Assembly: GCF_000015145.1 (NCBI RefSeq)
Contig: NC_008818.1
Span: forward strand, 1,350,001-1,382,000
From: Hyperthermus butylicus DSM 5456
Lineage (GTDB): Archaea; Thermoproteota; Thermoprotei_A; Sulfolobales; Pyrodictiaceae
DNA: 32,000 bases
Reading direction: 5' to 3'
Made by a program: the position numbers and the translations under genes. The notes under the pieces are model-generated. The model did not search any database. It worked only from the letters and a program-made list of their open reading frames with translations, and was not told the origin of the DNA. This document shows positions 1 to 8,228 of this stretch, in pieces (the first letter of the stretch is position 1; every line of letters starts with the position of its first letter).

Positions 1-320
1 AGTATTATGTAATCGTTAACCTCGCGTGGACTGGCACTGTGCTCTTCTAACAGTCTGAGGGCCTGGTACAGCGCCGTGGGAGGTTCTGCCAGATACCTAG
101 TTCGCGGGTCCTCAAGGTACTCCTGGAGCTTCCGCGTCACGAAGCCTGGTGGCACCCCAAGCTTCTTTACCATGACCCAGATATATTCGTGGACTACTAT
201 TGATGGGAGTATGATCTTGGCCGCAGCGTCTATGATGTTGGCAGCCTCTTCATGGTGTGGACTGTCTTCGACCGTCTCGTAGACGAGTACGTTAGTGTCA
301 GGGAGAAGTGGCTTCGTCAA
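1..320 (-). CDS. vapC: PIN-domain toxin VapC; 3' end cut by the window edge
   Basis: My own minus-strand translation from TTG 320..318 reads MTKPLLPDTNVLVYETVEDSPHHEEAANIIDAAAKIILPSIVVHEYIWVMVKKLGVPPGFVTRKLQEYLEDPRTRYLAEPPTALYQALRLLEEHSASPREVNDYII and stays open to base 1. It is missing from the ORF track because it runs off the window. The N-terminal DTNVLV acidic motif is typical of PIN domains. The gene overlaps the 3' end of the AbrB-type antitoxin gene. An alternative TTG start lies at 353. Confidence 0.8.
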   Translation of the reverse strand, partial: MTKPLLPDTNVLVYETVEDSPHHEEAANIIDAAAKIILPSIVVHEYIWVMVKKLGVPPGFVTRKLQEYLEDPRTRYLAEPPTALYQALRLLEEHSASPREVNDYII

Positions 321-537
321 GAGCTTCTTCGATTGCCTCCTCGATCTCCTCAACTGTTATCCTCCTCCCAAGCCGTATTGTGAGCCTCTTACGTCTAACA
401 GGGATGATCTTGATCACGCCCTCATCTTCGTCGTACAGCACCTCTACAAGGTCACCTTCCCTTATATTGGCCTTTGCTCTTACCGTGGCAGGTATTGTGA
501 CCTGGTAGTTACGTGTAACTTTAACTATTTCACCCAA
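298..537 (-). CDS. vapB: AbrB/SpoVT-fold antitoxin VapB
   Basis: 79-aa ORF with a TTG start. The N-terminus KVTRNYQVTIPATVRAKANIREGDLVEV is the swapped-hairpin AbrB/MazE DNA-binding pattern. The C-terminal tail is acidic (EEIEEAIEEALDE). It lies directly upstream of, and overlaps, a PIN gene. Confidence 0.85.
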   Translation of the reverse strand: MGEIVKVTRNYQVTIPATVRAKANIREGDLVEVLYDEDEGVIKIIPVRRKRLTIRLGRRITVEEIEEAIEEALDEATSP

Positions 538-543
538 GGTATC

Positions 544-589
544 CCTACTAGCGATTCAAGGCCTACTAGTATATTAACGTTCCTACTAG
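544..589 (-). promoter_or_regulatory. vapBC promoter with three CCTACTAG boxes around a TATA-like element
   Basis: Perfect 8-mers CCTACTAG at 544-551, 562-569 and 582-589, spaced 18 and 20 bp. TATATTAA at 570-577 (TTAATATA on the coding strand) is centred about 37 nt upstream of the vapB start at 537. Confidence 0.5.
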
Positions 590-780
590 CTATGTAGAGT
601 TACCGCACGCTGCACAGCTATATCACCATTTTGTCTTGGGAGCGGGTAGCTTCCACGGTTACAATAGCTACATGAGCCACGAAGCTACAGTAGTTTAGAA
701 GGGGCTACGCGCCGAGAACCTTTCCACAGCGTACACTTGACTCCTATGCTTCTGACCTCCTCCAACTATTGATCAGTCAT

Positions 781-1075
781 GCCGAGCCCTCCAATAATTA
801 GTGGATGAGTTAACCTTCCTCGAGTCCAGGATCCGCACCGCGAAGACCTTGTAGCGGAGAAGCCGAGTCTCATAGAGTACACGGTTGGCGTAGGCGTGAG
901 GCTCACGGAGGGAGAGCTGGTTGCCAGGATAAGGAGCCGTTCACCCGAGAGCGGTGGGTTAGGGTCTTTTATGGTGCCGCCTTCGGGGTCATCCCGGCAC
1001 GGCTCGGGGCCCCTCACCGCCCTCCCTGAGCGGTTCTCGGAACCCCGAGCCCACCAGGAGACAACGGGGGCAAAC
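781..1075 (+). ncRNA. Candidate structured RNA of unknown family
   Basis: GC-rich island between AT-richer flanks; the ORFs here (766..1077 -, 896..1204 +) are Gly/Ser/Pro/Arg-rich and do not look protein-like. The helices nest consistently. Local stems: 974-979 GTGCCG with 995-1000 CGGCAC, enclosing a C(UUCG)G tetraloop at 981-986; a 9-bp stem 1001-1009 GGCTCGGGG with 1043-1051 CCCCGAGCC; inside it, 1016-1020 with 1030-1034. Long-range pairs 921-925/1069-1073, 937-941/1063-1067 and 953-956/1052-1055 close a three-way junction, and 787-792 CCCTCC can pair with 907-912 GGAGGG. Strand is assigned from the UUCG loop. Ends are approximate. Confidence 0.4.
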
Positions 1076-1121
1076 AAGATTTATGGGGTTTTCTGGGTAT
1101 ATCCCCATATAGGTATAGGAT

Positions 1122-2214
1122 TTGAGCTATGTTACCGTTACCGCTGGTTTCAATGCTTCTGGAGAGAATACAAAACTACTCCTATCCACGGCGTGGCTGT
1201 TTAAGCTGGCAACACATAGAGTTCTCTCCTATGCCAAGTCTATGCCTGTTCTGCCAGCTTCGAAAATTGCTTGGAAGAACACGTTTAGGAGGCTTGCATA
1301 CGAGGTTATCCCCAATCGCAGATACGCTGACTCCGTAGCCGTTCTAGTTATGGGTATCTACGAGTCTTGTAGACGGGTAGGCGTCGACTTCAGAGAGGTT
1401 GGAGCTGGAGAGCTGGCTGATGTTTCAGCAGAGCGAGAAGGAGTATCCGCCGAGAAACATAACCCTAAAGAGTGTGGACGAGGCGTGGGTAACGGTATTC
1501 GATTACAGCCGTGAAGCTAGGAGAATAAGGCTTAGGATATCTACATCGGGTAGCTTTAGGAAGCTCCTAGAGAAGGTACTTAGCGAAACACAACCATACA
1601 ACCCTAGAATAGTGTTGAAGACGTGGAATATTAGAGATGGAACACTCTACGTGAGGGGAGAGCTACAGGTAAGCATACCACTAGACTTCTACTACAAACA
1701 CATGACCAGATATAGGAGAAACGACGGGAAACTCTATGGCGGAGTAGACATTAACATTGATAGGATTAGCCTTGCTATAGTTGACGAGAACGGTAATCTT
1801 AGGGATACCTATACCTTCTGGTTCCGAGAGGTAACAGCTAGAGGCTTTCCGGGGAGAAGAGCTAGGAGCATCATCGGTACGAGGGTGCATGAGATGCTCA
1901 GCTATGCCTATCAACACGGAGTTTAGACTCTATTCCTTGAGAACCCAGATGTGTTAGGCAAACCAAAGCTCCTGTGGATAAGGAACGGCAGGAGACTAGG
2001 AAAGAACTACAATTGGAAGGTGATGACATTTCGTAGCTCAGTAATAGAGATGATGGCCATGAAAGCACCGCTGTACTCGATAAAGGTAAGCTATGTAGAC
2101 CCCAAGGGAACAACGCGCTCAAAAGAACACGACGAGATTATGAAGAGGTGTAGACTAGGTAGGCACACAGCATCAGCCTACCTAGTAGCCCTAAAAGGAC
2201 TCAACCTAACCTAA
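1122..2214 (+). pseudogene. TnpB / IS605-OrfB-like RuvC-fold protein gene, disrupted by one frameshift and one in-frame TAG
   Basis: Three track ORFs join into one ~364-codon reading: 1122..~1400 (frame 3), 1399..1926 and 1951..2214 (both frame 1). The frameshift lies near 1398-1402 (VDFREV | ELESWLMF). The in-frame TAG is at 1924-1926 (..YQHGV * TLFLENPDVLG..). TnpB-like motifs are GGVDINIDRISLAIVDENG (RuvC-I Asp), LFLENPDV (RuvC-II Glu), NYNWKVMTFRSSVIEMMAMKA...VSYVDPKGTTRS and GRHTASAYLVALKG (RuvC-III position). No CxxC zinc-finger pairs are present. Confidence 0.6.
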
Positions 2215-2584
2215 AAGACCCTCACAAAGGTTTCTGTCCCCTATGGAGACACGGTGGAGGAGGCCAGGATGCCAGCCGACGGCTACATAGTAGCACTCAA
2301 CAGCACGTTTAGGGTGTGGACTGGAACAATAGTAGCACTCTATAGCAGTACCAGCCTAGGAACTTATCCAAGCTTACGCCAGTACCCGATACCCTTCACA
2401 AAATCACCTCTCCGAGTCTCTATGGCGCTGCGAGTCTAGCTTTTTACGAGGCAATTGTCTACGGCTCTATCCAGGCGTGGTTGGTGCTGATTTCCCTTTT
2501 CGATTCCTCGCCGCACTGCTGCTGTTGGAGAGCAAAGGCTCTAATGTCTCGGATAGGAGTTAGACATGCACATGGCGGCGGACA

Positions 2585-3535
2585 GTGCTGGTCCTGGTTA
2601 CGGGTGGTGCCGGTTTCATAGGCAGCCATACGGTGGAGCTGCTCGCCGGGAAGGGCTACACCGTGCTGGTGGTTGACAACCTGTACACAGGGTCCCGGGG
2701 TAACCTGGCTAGTGTGCCCCCCGGAGAGGCTCGTCCTCGTCGAGGCCGATGCGGCGGACTGGCCCATGCTGTGGGAGCGGGTCTCGAAGCACGCCAAGCC
2801 CGACGACGTGGCTGGCATAGTGCACCTGGCAGCTCTCGTCAACATTGTGGAGGTGGCGGAGAACCCCCAGCGGGCCCTGGACGTGAACGTTAAGGACACC
2901 TTGAACGTGTTGGAGCTCGCTCGCCGGCTAGACGTGGAGAGGGTGGTCTACGCGAGCAGCGTCGCTGTCTACGGGGAGCCACGGTACCTGCCGATAGACG
3001 AGAACCACCCACGAGAGCCAGCTAGCCTGTATGGAAGACGAAGCTGATGGGCGAACGGCTCCTCTGGCGCTACATGAGGGACTATGGTTTGAAGCCCGTA
3101 GCACTCCGCTACTTCAACGTCTACGGGCCACGGATGCGCCCGGGGCCCTACGCCGGGGTCGTATACAAGTTCATAACCACACTCCTCTGGGGCGGCACCC
3201 CAGTAATTTACGGCGATGGAGAGCAAACCCGGGACTTCGTCTACGTGGGCGATGTGGCAGAGGCTAACCTCAAGGCGCTCGAGACCAGGTACACGGGGCC
3301 GGTGAACATTGGAACCGGAGTGGAGACCAACATAAACAAGCTATACTGGCTCATCTGCAGCCTCATTGGGCGTTGCCCGGAGCCACGCTACGAGCTGCCA
3401 CGTCCCGGGGACGTCAGGCAGAGCAAAGCATCCATAAGGCTGGCGTGGGAGAAGCTGGGCTGGAAGCCGGCGACAAGCCTAGAGGAAGGACTGAGGAGAA
3501 CCATCGAGTACTACCGGGTAGCCGGCACATCCTAG
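2585..3535 (+). pseudogene. NAD-dependent sugar-nucleotide epimerase/dehydratase (GalE/WbpP-like SDR) with two frameshifts
   Basis: Fragments 2585.. ([13 protein letters not shown] Rossmann motif), 2673..3047 ([24 protein letters not shown]) and 3047..3535 (ALRYFNVYGPR..DGEQTRDFVYVGDV) form one extended-SDR protein. Shift 1 is at the C6 run 2717-2722. Shift 2 is near 3033-3040, where LYG is followed by (K)TKLMGERL in another frame, splitting the catalytic YxxxK region. Confidence 0.8.
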
Positions 3536-3725
3536 CAGCCCCGCCCCACCCCATGAAACCCTGCTGTCAATCCTAGTGTCGTCTCTGTCAGCATAGCTGG
3601 TGTCGACGGGGATCTGCTGCAGGAAAACCTCGGGTTGGCATAGCGTGTTGAGGCATCCTCGTCACGCATAGTAGCTACAGATACGAGTGCACAACCTATG
3701 CGCTCGAGCTAGAGTACCATCGGAG

Positions 3726-5210
3726 CTAGCGGGGGAGTTTCAGTCTCCTAGCCCTCTTCACTGCTGCTAGTGCTATGGTGCGGGCCCAGCTATCGACGAG
3801 CAGGACTGTGGCGAAGTATAGCAGCATGGCTCCGGTGGCTGGGAGGGCCAGCGATTGTAGGGTTTGCCAGAACCGTGGCGAGGGTGGCTCTCGTGGGTGG
3901 AAGGCTAGGGCTGCGGGGACGGCGAGCCCGGGGTATACTAGGAGGCTCCATGCTAGCGGCTTGGCTAGTGCGTGACGGATGCTGGACGGCGCCTTGGCTA
4001 GTACTAGTGCAAGGAGCGTGATGCTGTGCGCTAGGAGGGCTACTGCCCAGGCCGTCACGTTGCCCTGCCTGGTGTCTGTAAGGGCTAGGCCGAGGGCTAG
4101 GACTCCCAGGTACGTGAGAGCTGCCACCAGCATGGACGAGTACAGTCTGGCTAGTCTCCGCTCGGCTCCGGGCTCTTCGCGTACTAGGCCGGCTAGAAGG
4201 TTTAGAACACCGATACCAACCATGAATACGAGCGAGCTGGCGGCAGCGAGGGGGGCTGCGGGGGCGGCCCAATAGTAGACCGGGTTTAGGAGGTACACCA
4301 GGTGGAGCGGGTGCATCGCTGCGTAGACGAGTAGCGGCGATGCTAGAAGTGCTGCGAGTCTGGCAGCGTTAACTGCTGAGCGGTAATCCTGGGTTGACAG
4401 CACGAAGCCCTGTAGGTAGATGAAGCTGGCCCGTACGGCCTCGGTTATCAGCATGAAGATGTTTGTTATTGCGAAGAATGCCGCCACGGTTGCGGCGTCC
4501 GAGTATGCATACACTACAACAACGTCAAGCGTCTGGACAAGCCTAGCAATATTAATCATCGCTGTCACGTAGGCCTTGCGCAGCCACTCAACGGCAATCC
4601 CCACAGCCCGGCGGAGACCCGGCCACGCCAGCGCCTCGCGGCCCCGGAGCCAGAAAAGCCCCAGCACCACCACGCCGGTGTAGGATAGCGTTGCGGCGGT
4701 AAAGGCTCCTCCAACACCGAGCCCAACCATGTACACGAATAGGATAACCGTAGCACCGTAGAACAGTCTTTGGATGAGAACAAGTAGGGCGGCACGGAGC
4801 GGGCGGACAGCATCAACAGCAAGCCTCAGCCCAGCCCAGCAAACAGCGGAGGAGGAAGCAAGCGCAGCGAGAACAGCAACGCCACCCGGCGCGCCAAGCT
4901 GGGCTACAGCCGTATAGCTCATGGCGGCTGCTGCAAGGCCAGCTGCTAGGGAGAGCATGAAGCCAGTAGTAGCAGCGCCGCGAACCCCCTGCACCGTGTA
5001 GCGGTACAGCCAGAGCCCGTAGAGCCCTGGCAGCCGGGCAGCATACTCCGTTACGCGCTTCATAACAGTCTGGTAGAGCGCATAGTCGTGCACGCTGAGG
5101 CGGCGGACAATGATAATAGACGCGACAGCATTCACGAGAATTGCAACCCCATACAGCAAGCTACGAACAATAGTAAAGGCCACAACACCCATGACCTGCG
5201 ACACCTTCAC
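3726..5210 (-). CDS. Polytopic membrane protein, probable MOP/Wzx-type oligosaccharide flippase
   Basis: 494-aa ORF that is hydrophobic almost throughout (about 12-14 helices). Its size and N-terminal pattern resemble polysaccharide-biosynthesis flippases, and it sits next to the epimerase remnant. The family call rests on pattern only. Confidence 0.55.
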   Translation of the reverse strand: MKVSQVMGVVAFTIVRSLLYGVAILVNAVASIIIVRRLSVHDYALYQTVMKRVTEYAARLPGLYGLWLYRYTVQGVRGAATTGFMLSLAAGLAAAAMSYTAVAQLGAPGGVAVLAALASSSAVCWAGLRLAVDAVRPLRAALLVLIQRLFYGATVILFVYMVGLGVGGAFTAATLSYTGVVVLGLFWLRGREALAWPGLRRAVGIAVEWLRKAYVTAMINIARLVQTLDVVVVYAYSDAATVAAFFAITNIFMLITEAVRASFIYLQGFVLSTQDYRSAVNAARLAALLASPLLVYAAMHPLHLVYLLNPVYYWAAPAAPLAAASSLVFMVGIGVLNLLAGLVREEPGAERRLARLYSSMLVAALTYLGVLALGLALTDTRQGNVTAWAVALLAHSITLLALVLAKAPSSIRHALAKPLAWSLLVYPGLAVPAALAFHPREPPSPRFWQTLQSLALPATGAMLLYFATVLLVDSWARTIALAAVKRARRLKLPR

Positions 5211-5388
5211 AGAGAGGCTAGGCAGCCCCTAAGCCTCAACAGTCCTCTAATACACACCTCCAGCAACCCCGTCAAAACCTCCACGCCTCAGGCATAGAGA
5301 CACTGTTCACCCAGCAGGGGGCTGTGATGGGCCGGGATCAACAACGCAACCTCCGCATGAACCGGGTTGAGGCTAGGCTAGCACGAGC

Positions 5389-6042
5389 GTGGAGGGTGGT
5401 ACAAGCTTAAAGAAGAATGAAGTGTTCCTGGTAAGCCTAAGTGGCGTGGGGAGCTGGGTCTTGGAGCGCCATGGGAATGCTGGGCTGATATGCCTCAAAC
5501 GCGGTATTGTAGCGTGGCTTACGGGGCTGCCGGGTAGCGGCAAGACAACTATAGCCCGTCTCGCCGCGGAGAAGCTCCGCGAGATGGGGTATCGCGTCGA
5601 GCACCTTGACGGCGACTGGGTAAGGAAGACCATCAACCCCGATGCGGGCTACACCAGGGAGGAGAGGCGCCGACACCTTCTACGGGTAGCGTGGATAGCC
5701 AGGCTTCTGGCCCGGCACGGTGTTATAGTTCTCTGCAGCTTCGTCTCCCCATACCGTGACGTACGTAGGGAGGTGCGGGAAATAGTCGAGGCGGAGGGTG
5801 TACCCTTCATAGAGGTCTACGTCAAGTGTCCAGTGGAGGAATGCATCAAGCGCGACCCGAAGGGCCTCTATCGGAAGGCGCTGCAAGGCCTAATCAAGCA
5901 CTTCACCGGGGTGAGCGACCCCTACGAGCCGCCGGAAAACCCGGACCTGGAGCTAGACACGGTAAGCAATACAGCTGAGGAAAACGCCGAGAAGCTTGTT
6001 GAAACGATACTTGCGAGACTACCCCGGGATAAGCCAGGCTAA
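5389..6042 (+). CDS. cysC: Adenylylsulfate (APS) kinase
   Basis: P-loop WLTGLPGSGKTTIA followed by HLDGDWVR, LCSFVSPYR and DPKGLYRKA, the canonical APS-kinase motif series. The GTG 5389 start may be too far upstream; an in-frame TTG at 5461 is an alternative. Confidence 0.9.
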   Translation: MEGGTSLKKNEVFLVSLSGVGSWVLERHGNAGLICLKRGIVAWLTGLPGSGKTTIARLAAEKLREMGYRVEHLDGDWVRKTINPDAGYTREERRRHLLRVAWIARLLARHGVIVLCSFVSPYRDVRREVREIVEAEGVPFIEVYVKCPVEECIKRDPKGLYRKALQGLIKHFTGVSDPYEPPENPDLELDTVSNTAEENAEKLVETILARLPRDKPG

Positions 6043-6132
6043 CACGCTACAGCAGCCACGGCCTCGCCGTCACTATGTACCTAGACGGCTACCTGGTGAA
6101 CGTGTGGCCAGTGCCTGGCTGGTTTCCAGCTG

Positions 6133-6612
6133 CTAGCCGAGGGGTTTGAGGCTGAAGACCAGTATTGCCGCGACGTAGAGTGTCATTCCCACCAGCTCGC
6201 TTGTGGAGAGCTTCTCGCCCAGGACTAGCCAGGCTAGCGCTGCTACGAGCACAGCATTCGACAGTGCTATCGCGGTGGCTGGGCCAGCCTTACCCGTTGC
6301 TACTGCGAGCTTTAGGAAGTACATACCGAGGGCGAGGGTTACCCCGGCCACAGCCATTAGGGCGAAGTACTTTGGATCTACCCCGGCTAGGCTGGGATTA
6401 CGGCTGCCATCAAACATGCCCCGGTACATCATTACCAGTGTCGCCAGAATGCCGGTGAGGCCTGCGCCGAGGAGGAGTATGGCGGTACCCTCAATAGATG
6501 GTATTCCCTTCACGGAGGCATATTTGAGGATGAAGTTTGTGACACCAAAGAATACGAAGGCGCCAAGAGCATAGAGGGCCCAGTACTGCTCGCCAGCCAT
6601 GCTCTCAGGCAC
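6133..6612 (-). CDS. Small DMT/EamA-like membrane protein (half-size, about 5 TM)
   Basis: 159-aa hydrophobic ORF with the glycine-rich helices typical of single EamA domains. Pattern-level call only. Confidence 0.5.
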   Translation of the reverse strand: MPESMAGEQYWALYALGAFVFFGVTNFILKYASVKGIPSIEGTAILLLGAGLTGILATLVMMYRGMFDGSRNPSLAGVDPKYFALMAVAGVTLALGMYFLKLAVATGKAGPATAIALSNAVLVAALAWLVLGEKLSTSELVGMTLYVAAILVFSLKPLG

Positions 6613-6756
6613 CCAGAGCTAGAGACATGTATGTAGGGGTGGGCTATGAAAAGTGTTGGACTGGGCCAGCTTATGGCTTTATGGATGCTAGAAGTAAGGA
6701 GCTACGCCATATTGGTAGTGGATAAGCAAAATAACTATGATGCGTATATATGGTAT

Positions 6757-7809
6757 TTACCTTCGTAGCCAGGCGTCAAGCCCCATTTGCTGGCCCCGGA
6801 AATGCTCCCTATACGCCTTCTTGAGCCGCTCAAGCGCATTCCTGACCCTCTCCGGGCTGAAGTCATGCCCCTCGACTAGAATCTCGAACACCTTCTTCTC
6901 GTCGGGCTCCCTCCACTCAAGCTTATAGTCGGTCGTTACTGGCGGATTGAGGAAGTACTCGTAGATCTTCAGTGGATCCGTTGGAAACTCGTGCCTAGGA
7001 AGGCCTTGTAGAAGCTTTACAGGGTCACGGTGAGCCTTCACCATTTTCAATGCTGTCTTAGGACCAATCCCCTTTACACCGTCGGGGTTGTAGTCTGTTC
7101 CTATCAGTATGCCTAGCGCTACGAGCTGCTCCCTGGTAATCCCCAAGGCCTTTAGAAGCTTATCCAGCTCTATGAGTTCCGGCTTGATCTCGACATAGAC
7201 GTCTTTTCGTGGCAGCTTACGCCTACCAGTAATTGCAAGGTTTCTTACGAGCCTCGGGGAGCCGAAGAGGAGAGAGTCGTAGTCCTGGCTTGCAGCGGCC
7301 CATGCATCGCCACGCCGAGCCATGAATGCTGCCTGGGCTTCACCCTCGGCGGGAGCCTGCACCCATGGAACCCCCATAGCGTCAAGCAGCTTCTTAGCAT
7401 CCTCTACCATTTCGTCGGTAAGCCTAGCAGCCATCTGTGCATAGCGCCTTGCAGCTTTTGTATCACCCTTCTTCACAGCTTCCTCGTACTTCTTTACAGC
7501 CTCGCTCTTCACCCGCTTGCGCCTCTCAATCTCGAGATACTTCATCTCGGGTGGCTTTCCATCAAAAACGTAGACTATCTTAATTCCGTGCTCCATTAGG
7601 TTTATGGTCCGGTAGAATAGGCCGCTGAGATGGCTTGTAATCCGGCCCTTGGAGTCCATGAGTGGTGTTCCATCGGGCTGTCTTATAGCTGTGAGGAACT
7701 GGTAGAGCGCGTTATATGCGTCAATAGCTACGACCTTGTATTTTAGATGAGCAAGGTCTATCTCCTGAATAGCCTCCGGTGGGATAACCTCCCTGATATT
7801 AACTCCCAA
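6757..7809 (-). CDS. fen: Flap endonuclease 1 (FEN-1)
   Basis: 350 aa. [58 protein letters not shown] (N domain), [21 protein letters not shown] (I domain), an H3TH segment ([19 protein letters not shown]) and a C-terminal PCNA-interaction-like GLDAWL. Confidence 0.97.
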   Translation of the reverse strand: MGVNIREVIPPEAIQEIDLAHLKYKVVAIDAYNALYQFLTAIRQPDGTPLMDSKGRITSHLSGLFYRTINLMEHGIKIVYVFDGKPPEMKYLEIERRKRVKSEAVKKYEEAVKKGDTKAARRYAQMAARLTDEMVEDAKKLLDAMGVPWVQAPAEGEAQAAFMARRGDAWAAASQDYDSLLFGSPRLVRNLAITGRRKLPRKDVYVEIKPELIELDKLLKALGITREQLVALGILIGTDYNPDGVKGIGPKTALKMVKAHRDPVKLLQGLPRHEFPTDPLKIYEYFLNPPVTTDYKLEWREPDEKKVFEILVEGHDFSPERVRNALERLKKAYREHFRGQQMGLDAWLRR

Positions 7810-7854
7810 GGCTCCACCTAGCCCCTGCTAGGTAGGATGCCTGGTGGGACTGCT

Positions 7855-8103
7855 TTAAGACTTGGCTATGAGCTCAACGTTTCTGAGATTCTCCTTCAAC
7901 ACGTTAACATAAATTATACCTTGCATCTCAAGCTTCATCAGTGCCCTGAGGAACTCCGAGAAGGTTACGTCAAACTTATCTCTAATCGCTCTATACAGTT
8001 CAATGTCCTTGGCGTTTCCTCCTCGCCTCTCAAGCTCCTCCACGATAGCGTAGTAGAGCGGGATGCTCCTCCAAGTCTCCTCGGAAGCCAACCCGATAAC
8101 CAC
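7855..8103 (-). CDS. Small conserved-looking hypothetical protein (possible winged-helix)
   Basis: 82-aa ORF with a GTG start and a helical, charged composition (YYAIVEELERRGGNAKDIELYRAIRDKF..FLRALMKLEMQGII). It is co-directional with fen and just upstream of it. Function unknown. Confidence 0.5.
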   Translation of the reverse strand: MVIGLASEETWRSIPLYYAIVEELERRGGNAKDIELYRAIRDKFDVTFSEFLRALMKLEMQGIIYVNVLKENLRNVELIAKS

Positions 8104-8210
8104 CCCAGGCTGTCGCCTCAGCTAGAATTAGCGAGGCTAGCCGGGAGGCCAGTAAAGTGGCGCAAGTGAGTCTGGGGCTAATATATCCTGGGGGTGAGAT
8201 ATACCGTGTT

Positions 8211-8216
8211 AAAAAA
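8211..8216 (-). terminator. Oligo-T tract after hynL
   Basis: A6 on the plus strand, so T6 on the coding strand, 13 nt after the hynL stop (TGAGCCCCCACGCCGTTTTTTAACACGG). Archaeal terminators are typically oligo-T runs. Confidence 0.4.
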
Positions 8217-8228
8217 CGGCGTGGGGGC

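Noticed and set aside
781-1075. Identifying the structured RNA as SRP (7S) RNA or RNase P RNA
   Set aside because: The size and three-way junction are suggestive, and GGUUGCC..UAAGGAG vaguely recalls 7SL. However, I found no helix-8 GGAA tetraloop with AGCA loop, no 5'/3' end pairing, and no GGAAAGUCC or ACAGAA-type RNase P blocks on either strand. The identity cannot be supported without a covariance-model search.
766-1204. Track ORFs 766..1077 (-) and 896..1204 (+) as protein genes
   Set aside because: Their composition is dominated by Gly/Ser/Pro/Arg, they have no recognisable motifs, and they overlap a densely base-paired GC-rich segment. I treat the region as an RNA candidate instead.
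1924-1926. In-frame TAG in the TnpB-like gene as pyrrolysine or programmed read-through
   Set aside because: Pyrrolysine decoding is known only from a few lineages (mainly certain methanogenic archaea and a few bacteria), and no supporting element is visible. The same gene also carries a frameshift, so a plain nonsense lesion is the simpler reading.
3770-4822. Multiple ORFs inside or antisense to the flippase gene (3770..4021, 3775..3975, 3790..4272, 3979..4275, 4565..4822)
   Set aside because: These are Arg/Ala/Pro-rich frames in or opposite a high-GC gene. They are out-of-frame or antisense shadows of the 494-aa membrane ORF.
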